A model generated the notes under the pieces. The model saw only the letters and a program-made list of their open reading frames with translations, was not told the origin of the DNA and did not search any database. Of a stretch of DNA of 54,822 nucleotides, positions 1 through 9,658 are shown piece by piece (within the stretch, counting starts at the first letter, position 1; every line of letters starts with the position of its first letter). The DNA comes from Rhizobacter sp. (GTDB lineage Bacteria > Pseudomonadota > Gammaproteobacteria > Burkholderiales > Burkholderiaceae_C): NCBI GenBank assembly GCA_025359585.1, contig JANYFX010000435.1:1-54822 (forward strand), in the 5' to 3' direction. A program made the position numbers and the translations under genes.

Positions 1-1
1 C

Positions 2-1318
2 AACCGCGTGCAGTTTCGCGACGCGGTTCGCGAAGCCATCGCGCAGGCCGAAGCGACTGTCGCCGCCGACGCGTCGGCGCGCCCGACCGTGGCGGTGCTG
101 ATGCTCGACCTCGACCGTTTCAAACACGTCAACGACGTGCTCGGCTATCGCTTCGGCGACCTGCTGCTCAAGCGTGTGGCGGAGCGCCTCGGCCAGCACA
201 ACCTCCGCGGCGACGACATCGTGGCGCGCCTGGGTGGCGATGAATTCGCGGTGCTGCTGCGCCACGGCGACGCCACGCTCGCCACCTCGGTCGCGCAGCG
301 CATCACGCGCGCTTTCGACGCCCCGCTCACGCTCGAAGAACACACCGTCGACATGGGCGCGGGCATCGGCATGGCCTGCTGGCCCGAGCATGCGGCCGAC
401 GCCGACGTGCTGCTCAGCCGCGCCGAGGTGGCCATGTACGCCGCCAAACGCAAGAGCGACGGGCCGCTGATGTACCACGCCGCGATCGACGCCGCGAGCG
501 CGCAGACGCTGTCGCTGCTGACCGAACTGCGCAGCGCCATCGACCGCAACGAACTGCGCCTGTACCTGCAGCCCAAGCTGATGCTCGAAACCGGCCGTGT
601 CGGTGGTGCCGAAACCTTGGTGCGCTGGATGCATCCGCAGCGTGGCCTGGTGCCGCCGATGGAGTTCATTCCGTTCGCCGAACAGACCGGTTTCATCCGC
701 ACCCTGACGATGTGGGTCTTCGAAGAAGCAGCGCGCCACTGGCTGCGGCTGCAGGCCGAAGGTTTGCCGCTGGTGCTGTCGGTCAACCTCTCGACGCGCG
801 ACCTGCTCGACCAGGACCTGCCGCAGAAATTCGACGCGCTGCTCGTCAAACACCGCGTGCCGGCCGAAGCCTTCTGCCTCGAGATCACCGAGAGCGCGAT
901 CATGGACGACCCGCAGCGTGCCCTGGCCACGTTGAACCGCCTGAGCGGCCTCGGCTTCAAGCTCTCGATCGACGACTTCGGCACCGGGTATTCATCGCTC
1001 GCCTACCTGAAGCGCCTGCCGGTCGACGAACTCAAGATCGACAAGTCTTTCGTGCTCAGCATGGAGACCGATCTCGACGACGCGAAGATCGTGCGCTCGA
1101 CCATCGATCTGGCCCACAACATGGGCCTTACCGTGGTGGCCGAAGGCGTGGAGAACGCCAAGGTCTGGGACCTGCTGCGCGAGCTCGAATGCGACGAGGC
1201 CCAGGGTTACCACATGGGCAAGCCGATGCCGGCGAACGAGTTCCAGGCTTGGTCGATAGGCTGGGCCAACAAGCAGCGGCCACGTTCGACCACCGGCACG
1301 GGTGCCGTCTTGCACTGA
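2..1318 (+). CDS. GGDEF-EAL diguanylate cyclase/phosphodiesterase, 5'-truncated by the window
   Basis: DLDRFKHVND, RLGGDEF, ETLVRW (EAL-site variant), EITES, IDDFGTGYSSL, KIDKSF, AEGVE and QGY motifs. The frame is open from base 2. Confidence 0.95.
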   Translation, partial: NRVQFRDAVREAIAQAEATVAADASARPTVAVLMLDLDRFKHVNDVLGYRFGDLLLKRVAERLGQHNLRGDDIVARLGGDEFAVLLRHGDATLATSVAQRITRAFDAPLTLEEHTVDMGAGIGMACWPEHAADADVLLSRAEVAMYAAKRKSDGPLMYHAAIDAASAQTLSLLTELRSAIDRNELRLYLQPKLMLETGRVGGAETLVRWMHPQRGLVPPMEFIPFAEQTGFIRTLTMWVFEEAARHWLRLQAEGLPLVLSVNLSTRDLLDQDLPQKFDALLVKHRVPAEAFCLEITESAIMDDPQRALATLNRLSGLGFKLSIDDFGTGYSSLAYLKRLPVDELKIDKSFVLSMETDLDDAKIVRSTIDLAHNMGLTVVAEGVENAKVWDLLRELECDEAQGYHMGKPMPANEFQAWSIGWANKQRPRSTTGTGAVLH

Positions 1319-1337
1319 CGGCCGCAGCGCCGCGTCT

Positions 1338-2783
1338 TCAACCGAGCTGCCGGCCCAGGGCCCGCGCCGCAGTGCCGAGCGCCGCTTCGCTGTACCCGGC
1401 ATAACCGAACAACCAGCCATTGCGCTTCGCTTCGATGCAGTAGCGCGAGATCGGTGCGAGCTGCACGCCGACCTGCGCGGCGCGCTCGGCGAGTTCGGTG
1501 TCGCGCACACGCGCGTCGGACTCGAACGCCAGATGCATGCCCTGCAGGCTCGGTGAAAGCGTGATCGCGCTGTGCGTGGCACGCGCCAGGCTGTGGATCA
1601 TCGAGGCCTGGCGCGCGCGGTAGAGCTCGCGCATGCGCCGCAGGTGGCGCAGCAAGTGGCCATCGGCGATGAAACGCGCGAGCACGTCTTGCGCGGCGCC
1701 TGGCGAGTGCCGGTCGCTCATCGCGCGGGCCCTCGTGAAGGGCTCGACCAGCACCTCGGGCAAGACCACGAAGCCGAGCCGCAAGCCCGCACCGAGCGAC
1801 TTGGAGAAGCTGCCGACGTAAAGCACGCGCGCGTCGTGCGCCATGCTGCACAGCGCGGGAATGCGCTGCGGCCCGTATTGAAACTCGCCGTCGTAGTCGT
1901 CCTCGACGACCCAAGCGCGCTGCACCCGCGCCCAGTCGAGCAGCGCGCTGCGCCGCGCCAGGCTCATGCGCACCCCGAGCGGGAACTGGTGCGTGGGCGT
2001 GACCACCGCGAGCCGCGCGCGTGGCCAACGCGCGGCGGCGTGGGCGATGCACACGCCTTCGTCGTCCACCGGCACCGGGCGCACCAGCGCGCCGTGGCCG
2101 AGCAGGCTGGCGCGGATGCCGGGGTAGCCGGGGTCTTCGACCAGCACCTCGTCGCCCACGTCGAGCAGCAGGCGCGCGATCAGGTCGAGCGCCTGCTGCG
2201 AGCCGGCGGTGATGAGCAGCTGCGCCGCGTCGCAGCGAATGCCGCGCGAGACCAGCAGCCACTGCGCGATCGCGGCACGCAACGGCGGGTGACCGGCCGG
2301 GTCGTGGTAACCGGCGCAGGCCACGCGCTGCGCCACCGTGGTTTGCCGTTCGAGCCGCTGCCAGAGCGCGAACGGAAAGTCGTCGAGTGCTGGCTGGCCG
2401 ATGCGAAAGGGCAGCGGCGGCACGTTCGGTGGGTTCCAGCGCAGGCCGGTTTCGGCGATCAAGCGGCCACGTTGTGACAACAACTGCTGGGCGGCGACGC
2501 CGCCACCCCGCGCCTTGCCTTGCACCGGCGCAGACCGTTCGGCGACGTAGGTGCCGTCGCCGACGCGCGCCACCAGATAACCCTCGGCCTGCGGGCGCTC
2601 CGCCGCCCACAGCACGGTGTTGCGCGCCACACCGAGCACACGCGCGTGTTCACGCGAGGGCGGCAGGCGCGCGCCGGGTGCGAAGGTGCCGGCTTCGATC
2701 GCTTCGCGCAAGCGCAGGTAGACCTGCTGGCGCAGCAGCGCAGGGGTTGGGGTGGCGCTGGCAACGGCTCTCTGCTTCGTCAT
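1338..2783 (-). CDS. MocR/GabR-family regulator (GntR HTH + PLP aminotransferase-like domain)
   Basis: N-terminal GARLPPSRE..GVARNTV wHTH; TAGSQQALDL, EDPGY, TPTHQFPLG, EDDYDGEF, and GSFSK (PLP lysine). Confidence 0.93.
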   Translation of the reverse strand: MTKQRAVASATPTPALLRQQVYLRLREAIEAGTFAPGARLPPSREHARVLGVARNTVLWAAERPQAEGYLVARVGDGTYVAERSAPVQGKARGGGVAAQQLLSQRGRLIAETGLRWNPPNVPPLPFRIGQPALDDFPFALWQRLERQTTVAQRVACAGYHDPAGHPPLRAAIAQWLLVSRGIRCDAAQLLITAGSQQALDLIARLLLDVGDEVLVEDPGYPGIRASLLGHGALVRPVPVDDEGVCIAHAAARWPRARLAVVTPTHQFPLGVRMSLARRSALLDWARVQRAWVVEDDYDGEFQYGPQRIPALCSMAHDARVLYVGSFSKSLGAGLRLGFVVLPEVLVEPFTRARAMSDRHSPGAAQDVLARFIADGHLLRHLRRMRELYRARQASMIHSLARATHSAITLSPSLQGMHLAFESDARVRDTELAERAAQVGVQLAPISRYCIEAKRNGWLFGYAGYSEAALGTAARALGRQLG

Positions 2784-2785
2784 CG

Positions 2786-2832
2786 ATTGGCCCCTTCGTT
2801 CAGCACTTCAGTGTCTACTATGAAGAGCCAAT
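2786..2832. promoter_or_regulatory. Candidate MocR operator in the divergent intergenic region
   Basis: Inverted repeat ATTGGC (2786-2791) / GCCAAT (2827-2832) in an AT-richer spacer between mocR and the GNAT gene. Confidence 0.45.
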
Positions 2833-2857
2833 TTCATCCGACCGACAGGAGCTTTCG

Positions 2858-3463
2858 ATGAATCCGCAACCCGTGACCCTGAGCGGCCCCTTTGTGCAGC
2901 TGGTGCCGCTGACACTCGATCACGTTCCTGCCCTCGCGCGTGTCGGCCTCGACCCGGTGCTGTGGCGCTGGATCCCCACGCCCATCACCACCGTCGACGA
3001 GATGCACGCCTATGTGGCGAGCGCGCTCGAAGACCAGGCGCGTGGCTTGGCGCTCCCGTTCGCGATCACGGACGCGACCAGCTTCGAGGTGATCGGCTGC
3101 ACGCGCTTCGGCAACATCGACGTGAAAAACCGGCGCCTGGAGATCGGCTGGACCTGGCTCGCGCGCTCGCACCAGCGAACCGCCGCGAACACCAATGCCA
3201 AGCGCCTGCTGCTCGGCCACGCCTTCGACGATCTGTGCGCGATGCGTGTCGAGCTGAAGACCGACGCGCTCAACGACAAGTCACGCGCCGCCATCGGCCG
3301 CCTCGGCGCGGTGCAGGAAGGCATCTTTCGCAAGCACCTGGTCACCGCCTCGGGCCGGGTGCGCGACACGGTGTACTTTTCGATCATCGACACCGAGTGG
3401 CCCGCTGTTCGGCGCACACTCGACGAGCGGCTCGCCCACCCCGCCACCCCACCACAGGTCTGA
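2858..3463 (+). CDS. GNAT N-acetyltransferase, RimJ/RimL family
   Basis: AGGAG RBS before ATG 2858; LEIGWTW, NTNAKRLLL, RVELKTDALN..SRAAI.RLGA..EG, GRVRDTVYFSI. Confidence 0.92.
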   Translation: MNPQPVTLSGPFVQLVPLTLDHVPALARVGLDPVLWRWIPTPITTVDEMHAYVASALEDQARGLALPFAITDATSFEVIGCTRFGNIDVKNRRLEIGWTWLARSHQRTAANTNAKRLLLGHAFDDLCAMRVELKTDALNDKSRAAIGRLGAVQEGIFRKHLVTASGRVRDTVYFSIIDTEWPAVRRTLDERLAHPATPPQV

Positions 3464-3465
3464 CC

Positions 3466-4107
3466 ATGTACCTTCCCTCCCACTTCGAAGAAAAGCGCAC
3501 CGAGGTTCTGCAGGAACTGATGCGCGCGCACCCGCTCGGCCTGCTGATCACGCAAGGCGACAGTGGCCTGCAAGCCAACCCGATCCCGTTCGTGTTCGAC
3601 GCCGATCCGGCCGGCGGCCCGGGCGTGTTGCGCGCCCACGTGGCACGCGCCAACCCGGTCTGGCGCGAAGCCCGCACTGACGCCGAATCGCTGGTCGTTT
3701 TTCAGGGCCCGCGGGCCTACATCTCGCCCGGCTGGTACCCGAGCAAGGCCGAGCACGGCAAGGTCGTGCCGACCTGGAACTACTGCGTCGTGCAGGGCCG
3801 CGGCGTGCTGCGCGTGATCGACGACGCGGCGTGGGTGCACGCCTTCGTCACGCGCCTGACGCAGCGCCATGAGGAAGTACAAACCCGGCCCTGGGCAGTG
3901 AGCGACGCACCGCCCGACTACATCGCGGCGATGCAGCGCGCGATCGTCGGCATCGAGATCACGCTGACCGCGCTCACCGGCAAGTGGAAGACGAGCCAGA
4001 ACCGTTCGACCGCCGACCGCGAAGGCGTGGCGCGTGGCTTGGCACAACGCCCCGGCTCCGACGCGGCCGAGATGGCGGCGCTGGTCGCTGGCAGCAGCGC
4101 ACCGTAA
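3466..4107 (+). CDS. paiB: FMN-binding split-barrel protein, PaiB family
   Basis: MYLPSHF start, HVARANP, FQGPRAYISPGWYPSK, VPTWNY, KWKTSQNR. Confidence 0.9.
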   Translation: MYLPSHFEEKRTEVLQELMRAHPLGLLITQGDSGLQANPIPFVFDADPAGGPGVLRAHVARANPVWREARTDAESLVVFQGPRAYISPGWYPSKAEHGKVVPTWNYCVVQGRGVLRVIDDAAWVHAFVTRLTQRHEEVQTRPWAVSDAPPDYIAAMQRAIVGIEITLTALTGKWKTSQNRSTADREGVARGLAQRPGSDAAEMAALVAGSSAP

Positions 4108-4195
4108 GCACGGCGGCCCGGCCGCTGCGACCCCGGCCGGCGCTGGGGCATCGTCTTTGCGGCATGCTCTCGCCTCGCTCCCGAACGCCACCGCC

Positions 4196-5692
4196 TTGAA
4201 TTCCTCCGCTTCTGTACTGACTCCGCCCCAGCTGCGGGCCGCCACCGCGGCCGTGATGATGACCATCCTGCTGGGTGCCCTCGACCAGACCATCGTCAGC
4301 GTCGCCGTGCCCACGATCGCGCGCCAGCTCGGCGGCTTCGAGTGGATGGCGTGGGTGATCTCGGGTTACCTGATCGCCTCGACCGCCGTGACCCCGCTGT
4401 ACGGCAAGTTCAGCGACCTGTTCGGGCGGCGCAAGGTGATGAGCTTCGCCATTCTGCTGTTCCTGATCGCTTCGGTCGCCTGCGCGCTGGCGCAGACGCT
4501 GCCGCAGCTCGTGATCGCGCGCGTGCTTCAGGGCGCCGGTGGCGGTGGTTTGATCACGATGGCCCAATCGGTGATTGCCGACGTGGTGCCGCTGCGCGAA
4601 CGCGGCCGCTACCAGAGTTACATCAGCATCGTGTGGGCCGTGGCGAGCATGCTCGGGCCGGTGGTCGGCGGCGTGCTCACCGAGTATTTGTCGTGGCCGT
4701 GGATCTTCTGGATCAACCTGCCGGTGGGCCTGGTTGCGCTGATGCTGGTGCGCAGCTCGCTCGGCGCACTGCCGGTGAGCCGGGGCACGCCGAAGATCGA
4801 CGGCGTGGGCGCCTTGTTGTTGCTGAGCGGCCTGACCGCGTTCCTGATTCCGATCACCCGCGTCGGCCAGGGCACGCCGTGGAACGACGCGGCCAATGCC
4901 GTCGGCTGGGCGATTGCGCTGGTGCTGCTCGCGCTCTTCATCGTGCAGCAGCGCCGCCACCCGGATGCGATCGTGCCGATGGCGCTGTTCGGCAACCGGA
5001 TCGTGGTGGCGTGCTGCGCGCTGCTGTTCGTGTGCTTCTTCAACTTCATCGCGCTGTCGGTTCTCGTGCCTTTGCGCTTGCAGCTCGTGGCCGGTTATTC
5101 GGCGGCCGACGCCGGCCTGTACCTGCTGCCGATGACGCTCTCGATCCCCGCCGCCGCATTCCTCAGCGGGCGCTGGCTGTACCGCACCGGCCGCGTGTTG
5201 CCGGCGCAGCGCCTGGGCGTGCTGCTGGTGCCGCTCGGTTTGGCCACGCTGGGCTTCACGGCGCCCACCAGCGTGCTCGCGGCGGTGGCGCTGGTGGTGA
5301 TCGGCATCGGCATGGGCCTGCAGATGCCGACCACCCTGATCACGGTGCAGCAGTCGGTGCCACGCGCGCAGGTCGGCACAGTCACCGCGTTGACGGCGTT
5401 CTTCCGCCTGCTCGGTGGTGCGATCGGCATCGCGGTGCTGAGCTCGATCGCGCTGCTGTTCTTGCGCGAGCACCTGCCGAGCGGCGTGAATTCGCTCAGC
5501 GGTGAAGGCCTGGGTGCGATGCTCGACGCGGCGCGTGCAAGCCATGGCACGTCGACGGGCAGCGACGACGCATTCAGGCGGGTCATGCATGTCAGCGCAT
5601 TCGTGTCCTTGATCTCGCTGTGGTTGGTCACGCGGCTGCCGGATGTGCGGCTGCACGACGCGGCGGTTCCCAATACCGAAAAACCGGCCTGA
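4196..5692 (+). CDS. MFS drug:H+ antiporter (DHA2/EmrB-like, ~14 TMS); start uncertain (TTG 4196 assumed)
   Basis: LDQTIVSVAVPTI, GKFSDLFGRR, RVLQGAGGGG, LGPVVGG, WPWIFWINLPVG. Confidence 0.88.
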   Translation: MNSSASVLTPPQLRAATAAVMMTILLGALDQTIVSVAVPTIARQLGGFEWMAWVISGYLIASTAVTPLYGKFSDLFGRRKVMSFAILLFLIASVACALAQTLPQLVIARVLQGAGGGGLITMAQSVIADVVPLRERGRYQSYISIVWAVASMLGPVVGGVLTEYLSWPWIFWINLPVGLVALMLVRSSLGALPVSRGTPKIDGVGALLLLSGLTAFLIPITRVGQGTPWNDAANAVGWAIALVLLALFIVQQRRHPDAIVPMALFGNRIVVACCALLFVCFFNFIALSVLVPLRLQLVAGYSAADAGLYLLPMTLSIPAAAFLSGRWLYRTGRVLPAQRLGVLLVPLGLATLGFTAPTSVLAAVALVVIGIGMGLQMPTTLITVQQSVPRAQVGTVTALTAFFRLLGGAIGIAVLSSIALLFLREHLPSGVNSLSGEGLGAMLDAARASHGTSTGSDDAFRRVMHVSAFVSLISLWLVTRLPDVRLHDAAVPNTEKPA

Positions 5693-5705
5693 ACGTGATG
5701 CCTTC

Positions 5706-6437
5706 ATGACGATCCGCCAGAGAATTTTCGGGCCCGCGTTCGGCTTGTTCGTCGCGAGCACACAAGCCTTCGCCGCGCCCAAAGTCGAAGACTCGATGGC
5801 GCAGCGTTTGCAAGCCTGCACCGGTTGCCACGGCGCGCAGGGGCGCGCCGCGAGCGACGGTTATTACCCACGCATCGCCGGCAAACCGGCCGGCTACCTC
5901 TACAACCAGCTGTTGAGCTTTCGTGATGGCCGGCGCCACTACACGCTGATGAACAAGCTGCTCGCGCCGCTGACAGACGAGTACCTGCGCGAGATCGCGA
6001 ACCACTTCGCGAGCCTCGAGCTGCCCTACCCGCCACCTCAGCGCGCGACCGGCAGCGTCGACGCGCTGAGCCGGGGTGAAGAACTGGTGCTGAAGGGCGA
6101 CGCGGCCCAGCGCATCCCTGCCTGCGTGCAATGCCACGGCACGGCGCTGATGGGCGTGGCGCCCGCGATCCCCGCGCTGATCGGCATGCCGCGCGACTAC
6201 CTCAACGCGCAGCTCGGCGCCTGGCGCACCGGCAACCGCCACGACTTCGAACCCGACTGCATGGCGCAGGTCGCGAAGCTGCTGAAGCCCGACGACATCA
6301 GCGCGCTTTCGCAGTGGCTCGCCGCTTTGCCGGTGCCGGCCGGTGCGAAGCCGGCGACCGCTTTGCCGGCGGCGTTGCCGATTCGTTGCGGCGGTGTGCC
6401 CGAGGCCTTGCAACCCGCACCGGGAGCACGGCCGTGA
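5706..6437 (+). CDS. Periplasmic di-heme cytochrome c (c4/c553-like)
   Basis: Signal peptide; CTGCH and CVQCH; PRIAGK..YLYNQL..FRDG.R. Confidence 0.9.
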   Translation: MTIRQRIFGPAFGLFVASTQAFAAPKVEDSMAQRLQACTGCHGAQGRAASDGYYPRIAGKPAGYLYNQLLSFRDGRRHYTLMNKLLAPLTDEYLREIANHFASLELPYPPPQRATGSVDALSRGEELVLKGDAAQRIPACVQCHGTALMGVAPAIPALIGMPRDYLNAQLGAWRTGNRHDFEPDCMAQVAKLLKPDDISALSQWLAALPVPAGAKPATALPAALPIRCGGVPEALQPAPGARP

Positions 6438-7708
6438 AGCGACTGTTGGCGGGCGGCACAGCCGTGTTGGCGGTGACCGTGGCACTGCTCGTCGCTGCGG
6501 TCTGGTTCCTGAACGTGCGCGGCGAAGACCCCCTGGCCACGAGCGCCGAAACGCCAAACGCCAGCGCCGACCAGATCGCACGCGGCGCCTACCTCGCACT
6601 TGCCGGCAACTGCAGGGGCTGCCACACGGCCCCCGGTGGCGCGCCGTATGCCGGCGGGCGCGGTGTGCCCACACCCTTCGGCAGCGTGTTCGCCCCCAAC
6701 CTCACGCCGGATGAAAAAACCGGCATCGGCGCCTGGTCAGCCGCCCAGTTCTGGCGCGCGCTGCACAACGGCCGCTCGCGCGACGGCCGCTTGTTGTACC
6801 CGGCTTTCCCGTACCCGAACTACACGCAGGTCACGCGCACTGACGCCGATGCCCTGCACGCGTACCTGCGCAGCCTGCCGGCCGTGGTGCAGGTGAATCG
6901 GCCGCACGAATTGCAGTTTCCGTTCAACAGCCAGGCCGCGCTGGCGGTGTGGCGCGCGCTCTACTTTCGGCCTGCGCAAGCCACGCCCGATGCGGCGCGA
7001 ACGGCCGACTGGAAACGCGGCGCCTACCTCGTCGAAGGCCTGGGCCACTGCAACGCCTGCCATTCGAGCCGCAACGCGCTCGGCGCGACCCCCGGCCCGC
7101 TCGATCTGGCGGGCGGGCTGATCCCGGTGCAGAACTGGTACGCGCCTTCGCTGACCTCGGCGAACGAAGCGAGCGTGGCCGCGTGGGACACGCAGCACGT
7201 CGTCGCCTTGCTGCAGACCGGCGTGTCTCCGCGCGCTTCGGTGGCGGGGCCGATGAGCGAGGTGGTGAGCGGCAGCACCCAGTATCTGTCGGATGCCGAC
7301 TTGAACGCCATGGCGGTCTACTTGAAGGCACTGCCGCAAACGCCGCCGGAGGCCCGCCCCGCGCCAGCGGCAGCCCCGTCGGCCGGCCCGGGCGCGAAGC
7401 TCTACGAGCGCCATTGCGCGGGCTGCCATGGCGATGCCGGCGAAGGCGCGAGCGGTGCCTACCCGGCGCTTGCCGGCAACCGCGCGGTCAACCTGCCGGT
7501 GGTGGCGAACCTCGTTCACATGCTGCTCGAAGGCGGGTTCCCGCCGGCCACCGCAGGCAACCCGCGGCCCTACGGCATGCCGCCGTTCGCGACCGTGCTG
7601 AGCGCGGAAGAAACGGCGCAGTTGCTGTCGTTCATTCGCAGCAGCTGGGGCAACACAGGCGCTGCGGTTTCAGCGCTGGAGGTCGAGCGCTTTCGCAGCT
7701 CGAAGTAG
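6434..7708 (+). CDS. Tri-heme membrane-anchored cytochrome c (alcohol/gluconate dehydrogenase cytochrome-subunit type)
   Basis: GTGA overlap with the upstream gene; CRGCH, CNACH, CAGCH; TPFG..APNLTPD.TGIG.W, LYPAFPY. Confidence 0.9.
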   Translation: MKRLLAGGTAVLAVTVALLVAAVWFLNVRGEDPLATSAETPNASADQIARGAYLALAGNCRGCHTAPGGAPYAGGRGVPTPFGSVFAPNLTPDEKTGIGAWSAAQFWRALHNGRSRDGRLLYPAFPYPNYTQVTRTDADALHAYLRSLPAVVQVNRPHELQFPFNSQAALAVWRALYFRPAQATPDAARTADWKRGAYLVEGLGHCNACHSSRNALGATPGPLDLAGGLIPVQNWYAPSLTSANEASVAAWDTQHVVALLQTGVSPRASVAGPMSEVVSGSTQYLSDADLNAMAVYLKALPQTPPEARPAPAAAPSAGPGAKLYERHCAGCHGDAGEGASGAYPALAGNRAVNLPVVANLVHMLLEGGFPPATAGNPRPYGMPPFATVLSAEETAQLLSFIRSSWGNTGAAVSALEVERFRSSK

Positions 7709-7710
7709 GC

Positions 7711-7782
7711 CTCAGCCGCCGCCGGGCCGCCCCAAGGCGGCTGAGCGCCCCCTCGGGGGCAGGAGCGAAGCGACGTGGGGGC
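7711..7782. repeat. REP-like palindromic element between convergent genes
   Basis: CTCAGCCGCC (7711-7720) pairs with GGCGGCTGAG (7736-7745), then GCCCCC-TC-GGGGGC (7747-7760) and GGAGCGAAGCGACGTGGGGG. Resembles intergenic repeats common in Burkholderiales genomes. Confidence 0.6.
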
Positions 7783-7789
7783 GAACATC

Positions 7790-9511
7790 TCACTCCGGCT
7801 CGGAGCAGAACGTGTCGTCGGCGACGACACATTCAGAATCGACCCGCGCCGCGCCGCCGATGCCGCGCGTGAGCAGCCCGCTGCTCCGCAGCTTCGCGGC
7901 CTCGACGTGCGGCAGCATCAGCCACATCTGCCCGCGCTGTCGGGTGCGCATGGCCTGGCGCCCGGCGTCGTTGCCCGAGCCCCAGAAAAAGTCGGCGCGA
8001 ATGGCACCGCGAATCGCGCCCCCCGTGTCTTGCGCGACCACCAGCCGCTGCAGCGGCAGGGACGACCCGGCAGGCGTGGGCGCCGCCATGTAGACCGGAT
8101 AACCGAGCGGCGTGACACGCGGATCGACGGCGATAGAGCGCCCGGCCGTCAGCGGCACACCGAGCGCGCCGACCGGGCCGCGCGTTGGCGACTGGTCGGG
8201 CGCCACACGAAAGAACACGTAGCTCGGGTCGCTGCCGAGCGCGGCATTGCGGGGCGAACCCGGCACCGAGGATTTGGCGGGCGCCGTCGACGGCGCGGCC
8301 GCCTTGGGCGCCGGCTTGCGCTGCGCACCGCTGAGCAGTTGCTCGACCAGCGCATCCGAGGCCGCGCCGCTGGCGGCGGGTTTCGCGGCCGGCTGCTTCA
8401 AGCCGCGCGTGGTCACGCCCTCGGCAGCGCTGTCGGCTTCGGGCACCGCCGCATCGGCATCGCTCGCCAGCTCGAAACTGTCGGCTTCTTCCGGGCCGGC
8501 CGCGATGCCGCGCGTGCGCACCCGGTCCGGCCCCTTCGCCATCAGTTGCACCGGCTTGAACGGGTGGCCGTTCTGTTCGGCGTATTGCACGCGCAGCACG
8601 GTGCCGTCGCGCAGCCGGATGCGGCCCGAGCCCTGCACCTGCATCGCGTACAAGGCGAGCGCATCGTCCACGTAGGCGACCACCGGCGCGTCGAGGCGGC
8701 CCCCGCCCTCGATCTCTGCGCGCGTGCGGTACGGCAAGGCGCGCTCGCCGACCAGTTGAACGCGCCAGTTGCGGTCGCGCGTGTCGAGCTCGAAGCGGGT
8801 CGTGTCGAGCGCGTAGCTGCCGGGCTGGCGACCGGCAACGACGTTGAGGATTTGCCCGGTCTTCACGACGAACACGGTGGCGCGGCGTTGCGCTGCAGGA
8901 ATGGCCTTCCAGTCGAGCGTGTACAGGTCGTTGGGCGTGGCGTAGACGGGCACGGTGAACGCGCCTTCGGCGCGCAGGCTGCCGTTGATCAGCGGCTCGT
9001 AGTAGCCGGTCACGTCACCGTCGCGGCTGGCGTCGGCGTTCAAGATTCTGAACAGCGCGAACTCCTGTTCGAAGAAGCGCCGCAACTCGGCCGGGTTGCG
9101 GTTCAGGCGCGCCGCCCGGGCGCACAGTGGCTTCCAGGCTTCACGTTTGGCGAGGGCGAGGCACGAGGTCTGGAAGGCGTCCCACGCGGTGTCGAGATCG
9201 TCTTGGCCCCAGCCCGGCAACTCGGCGAAGCTGCTGGCCTTGAACAGCGCGTTGCGTGTCTTGACATCGATGCCGGCGGCCTCGGCGCGCGGCGACAGCG
9301 CGAGGTTCGTCGGCGTGTCGAGGGTGCGGGCCGGCGTGGCCGACGACGAAGCCGGCGTGGCGGTCGTGCCTGGGGGGGCGGGCGCGCCGGTGCCCGCCGG
9401 CGGTGCGGCACAGGCGCACAGCAAGGCCGCCAGGCCCGCCAGCGTGGCTTCGCGCCAGCGCAGCGTCGCGGCAGCGGCCCGGTGGAGAGGGGGCAATACG
9501 GGAGTCGTCAT
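7790..9511 (-). CDS. mltA: MltA-family membrane-bound lytic transglycosylase (lipoprotein) with low-complexity insertion and C-terminal extension
   Basis: Lipobox-like LLCAC; TGYYEP, MQVQGSG, NGHPF, PSYVFF, GALGVPLT.GRSIAVDP, AQDTGGAIRG..RADFFWG (3D domain aspartates). Confidence 0.92.
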   Translation of the reverse strand: MTTPVLPPLHRAAAATLRWREATLAGLAALLCACAAPPAGTGAPAPPGTTATPASSSATPARTLDTPTNLALSPRAEAAGIDVKTRNALFKASSFAELPGWGQDDLDTAWDAFQTSCLALAKREAWKPLCARAARLNRNPAELRRFFEQEFALFRILNADASRDGDVTGYYEPLINGSLRAEGAFTVPVYATPNDLYTLDWKAIPAAQRRATVFVVKTGQILNVVAGRQPGSYALDTTRFELDTRDRNWRVQLVGERALPYRTRAEIEGGGRLDAPVVAYVDDALALYAMQVQGSGRIRLRDGTVLRVQYAEQNGHPFKPVQLMAKGPDRVRTRGIAAGPEEADSFELASDADAAVPEADSAAEGVTTRGLKQPAAKPAASGAASDALVEQLLSGAQRKPAPKAAAPSTAPAKSSVPGSPRNAALGSDPSYVFFRVAPDQSPTRGPVGALGVPLTAGRSIAVDPRVTPLGYPVYMAAPTPAGSSLPLQRLVVAQDTGGAIRGAIRADFFWGSGNDAGRQAMRTRQRGQMWLMLPHVEAAKLRSSGLLTRGIGGAARVDSECVVADDTFCSEPE

Positions 9512-9537
9512 GGCGTGGTCCGGGATCTCATGGGTTG

Positions 9538-9580
9538 ACCCTAGAGCCTAGTCTGCGCCACATCAACTGACCTTCGTCAG
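9538..9580 (-). promoter_or_regulatory. mltA promoter: TGAC-N4-GTCA box plus -10 hexamer
   Basis: CTGAC-CTTC-GTCAG at 9567-9580; TAGGGT on the minus strand at 9543-9538, 30.5 bp from the box centre. Confidence 0.7.
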
Positions 9581-9616
9581 AACGGGCCTGCAGAGGGGCC
9601 GAGCCACGGGCCGGTG

Positions 9617-9658
9617 TTACCTAAGTCATGCCTCGGTCGGCCGGGCGCTCGTTATTCT
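9617..9658 (+). promoter_or_regulatory. tssJ operon promoter: box plus -10 hexamer
   Basis: TTAC-CTAA-GTCA at 9617-9628; TATTCT at 9653-9658, 30.5 bp from the box centre. Confidence 0.7.

Noticed and set aside
2-1318. GGDEF-EAL protein as the c-di-GMP controller of the TPS adhesin or T6SS
   Set aside because: Separated by unrelated genes, its promoter is outside the window, and no LapD-like receptor is visible; no sequence evidence of linkage.
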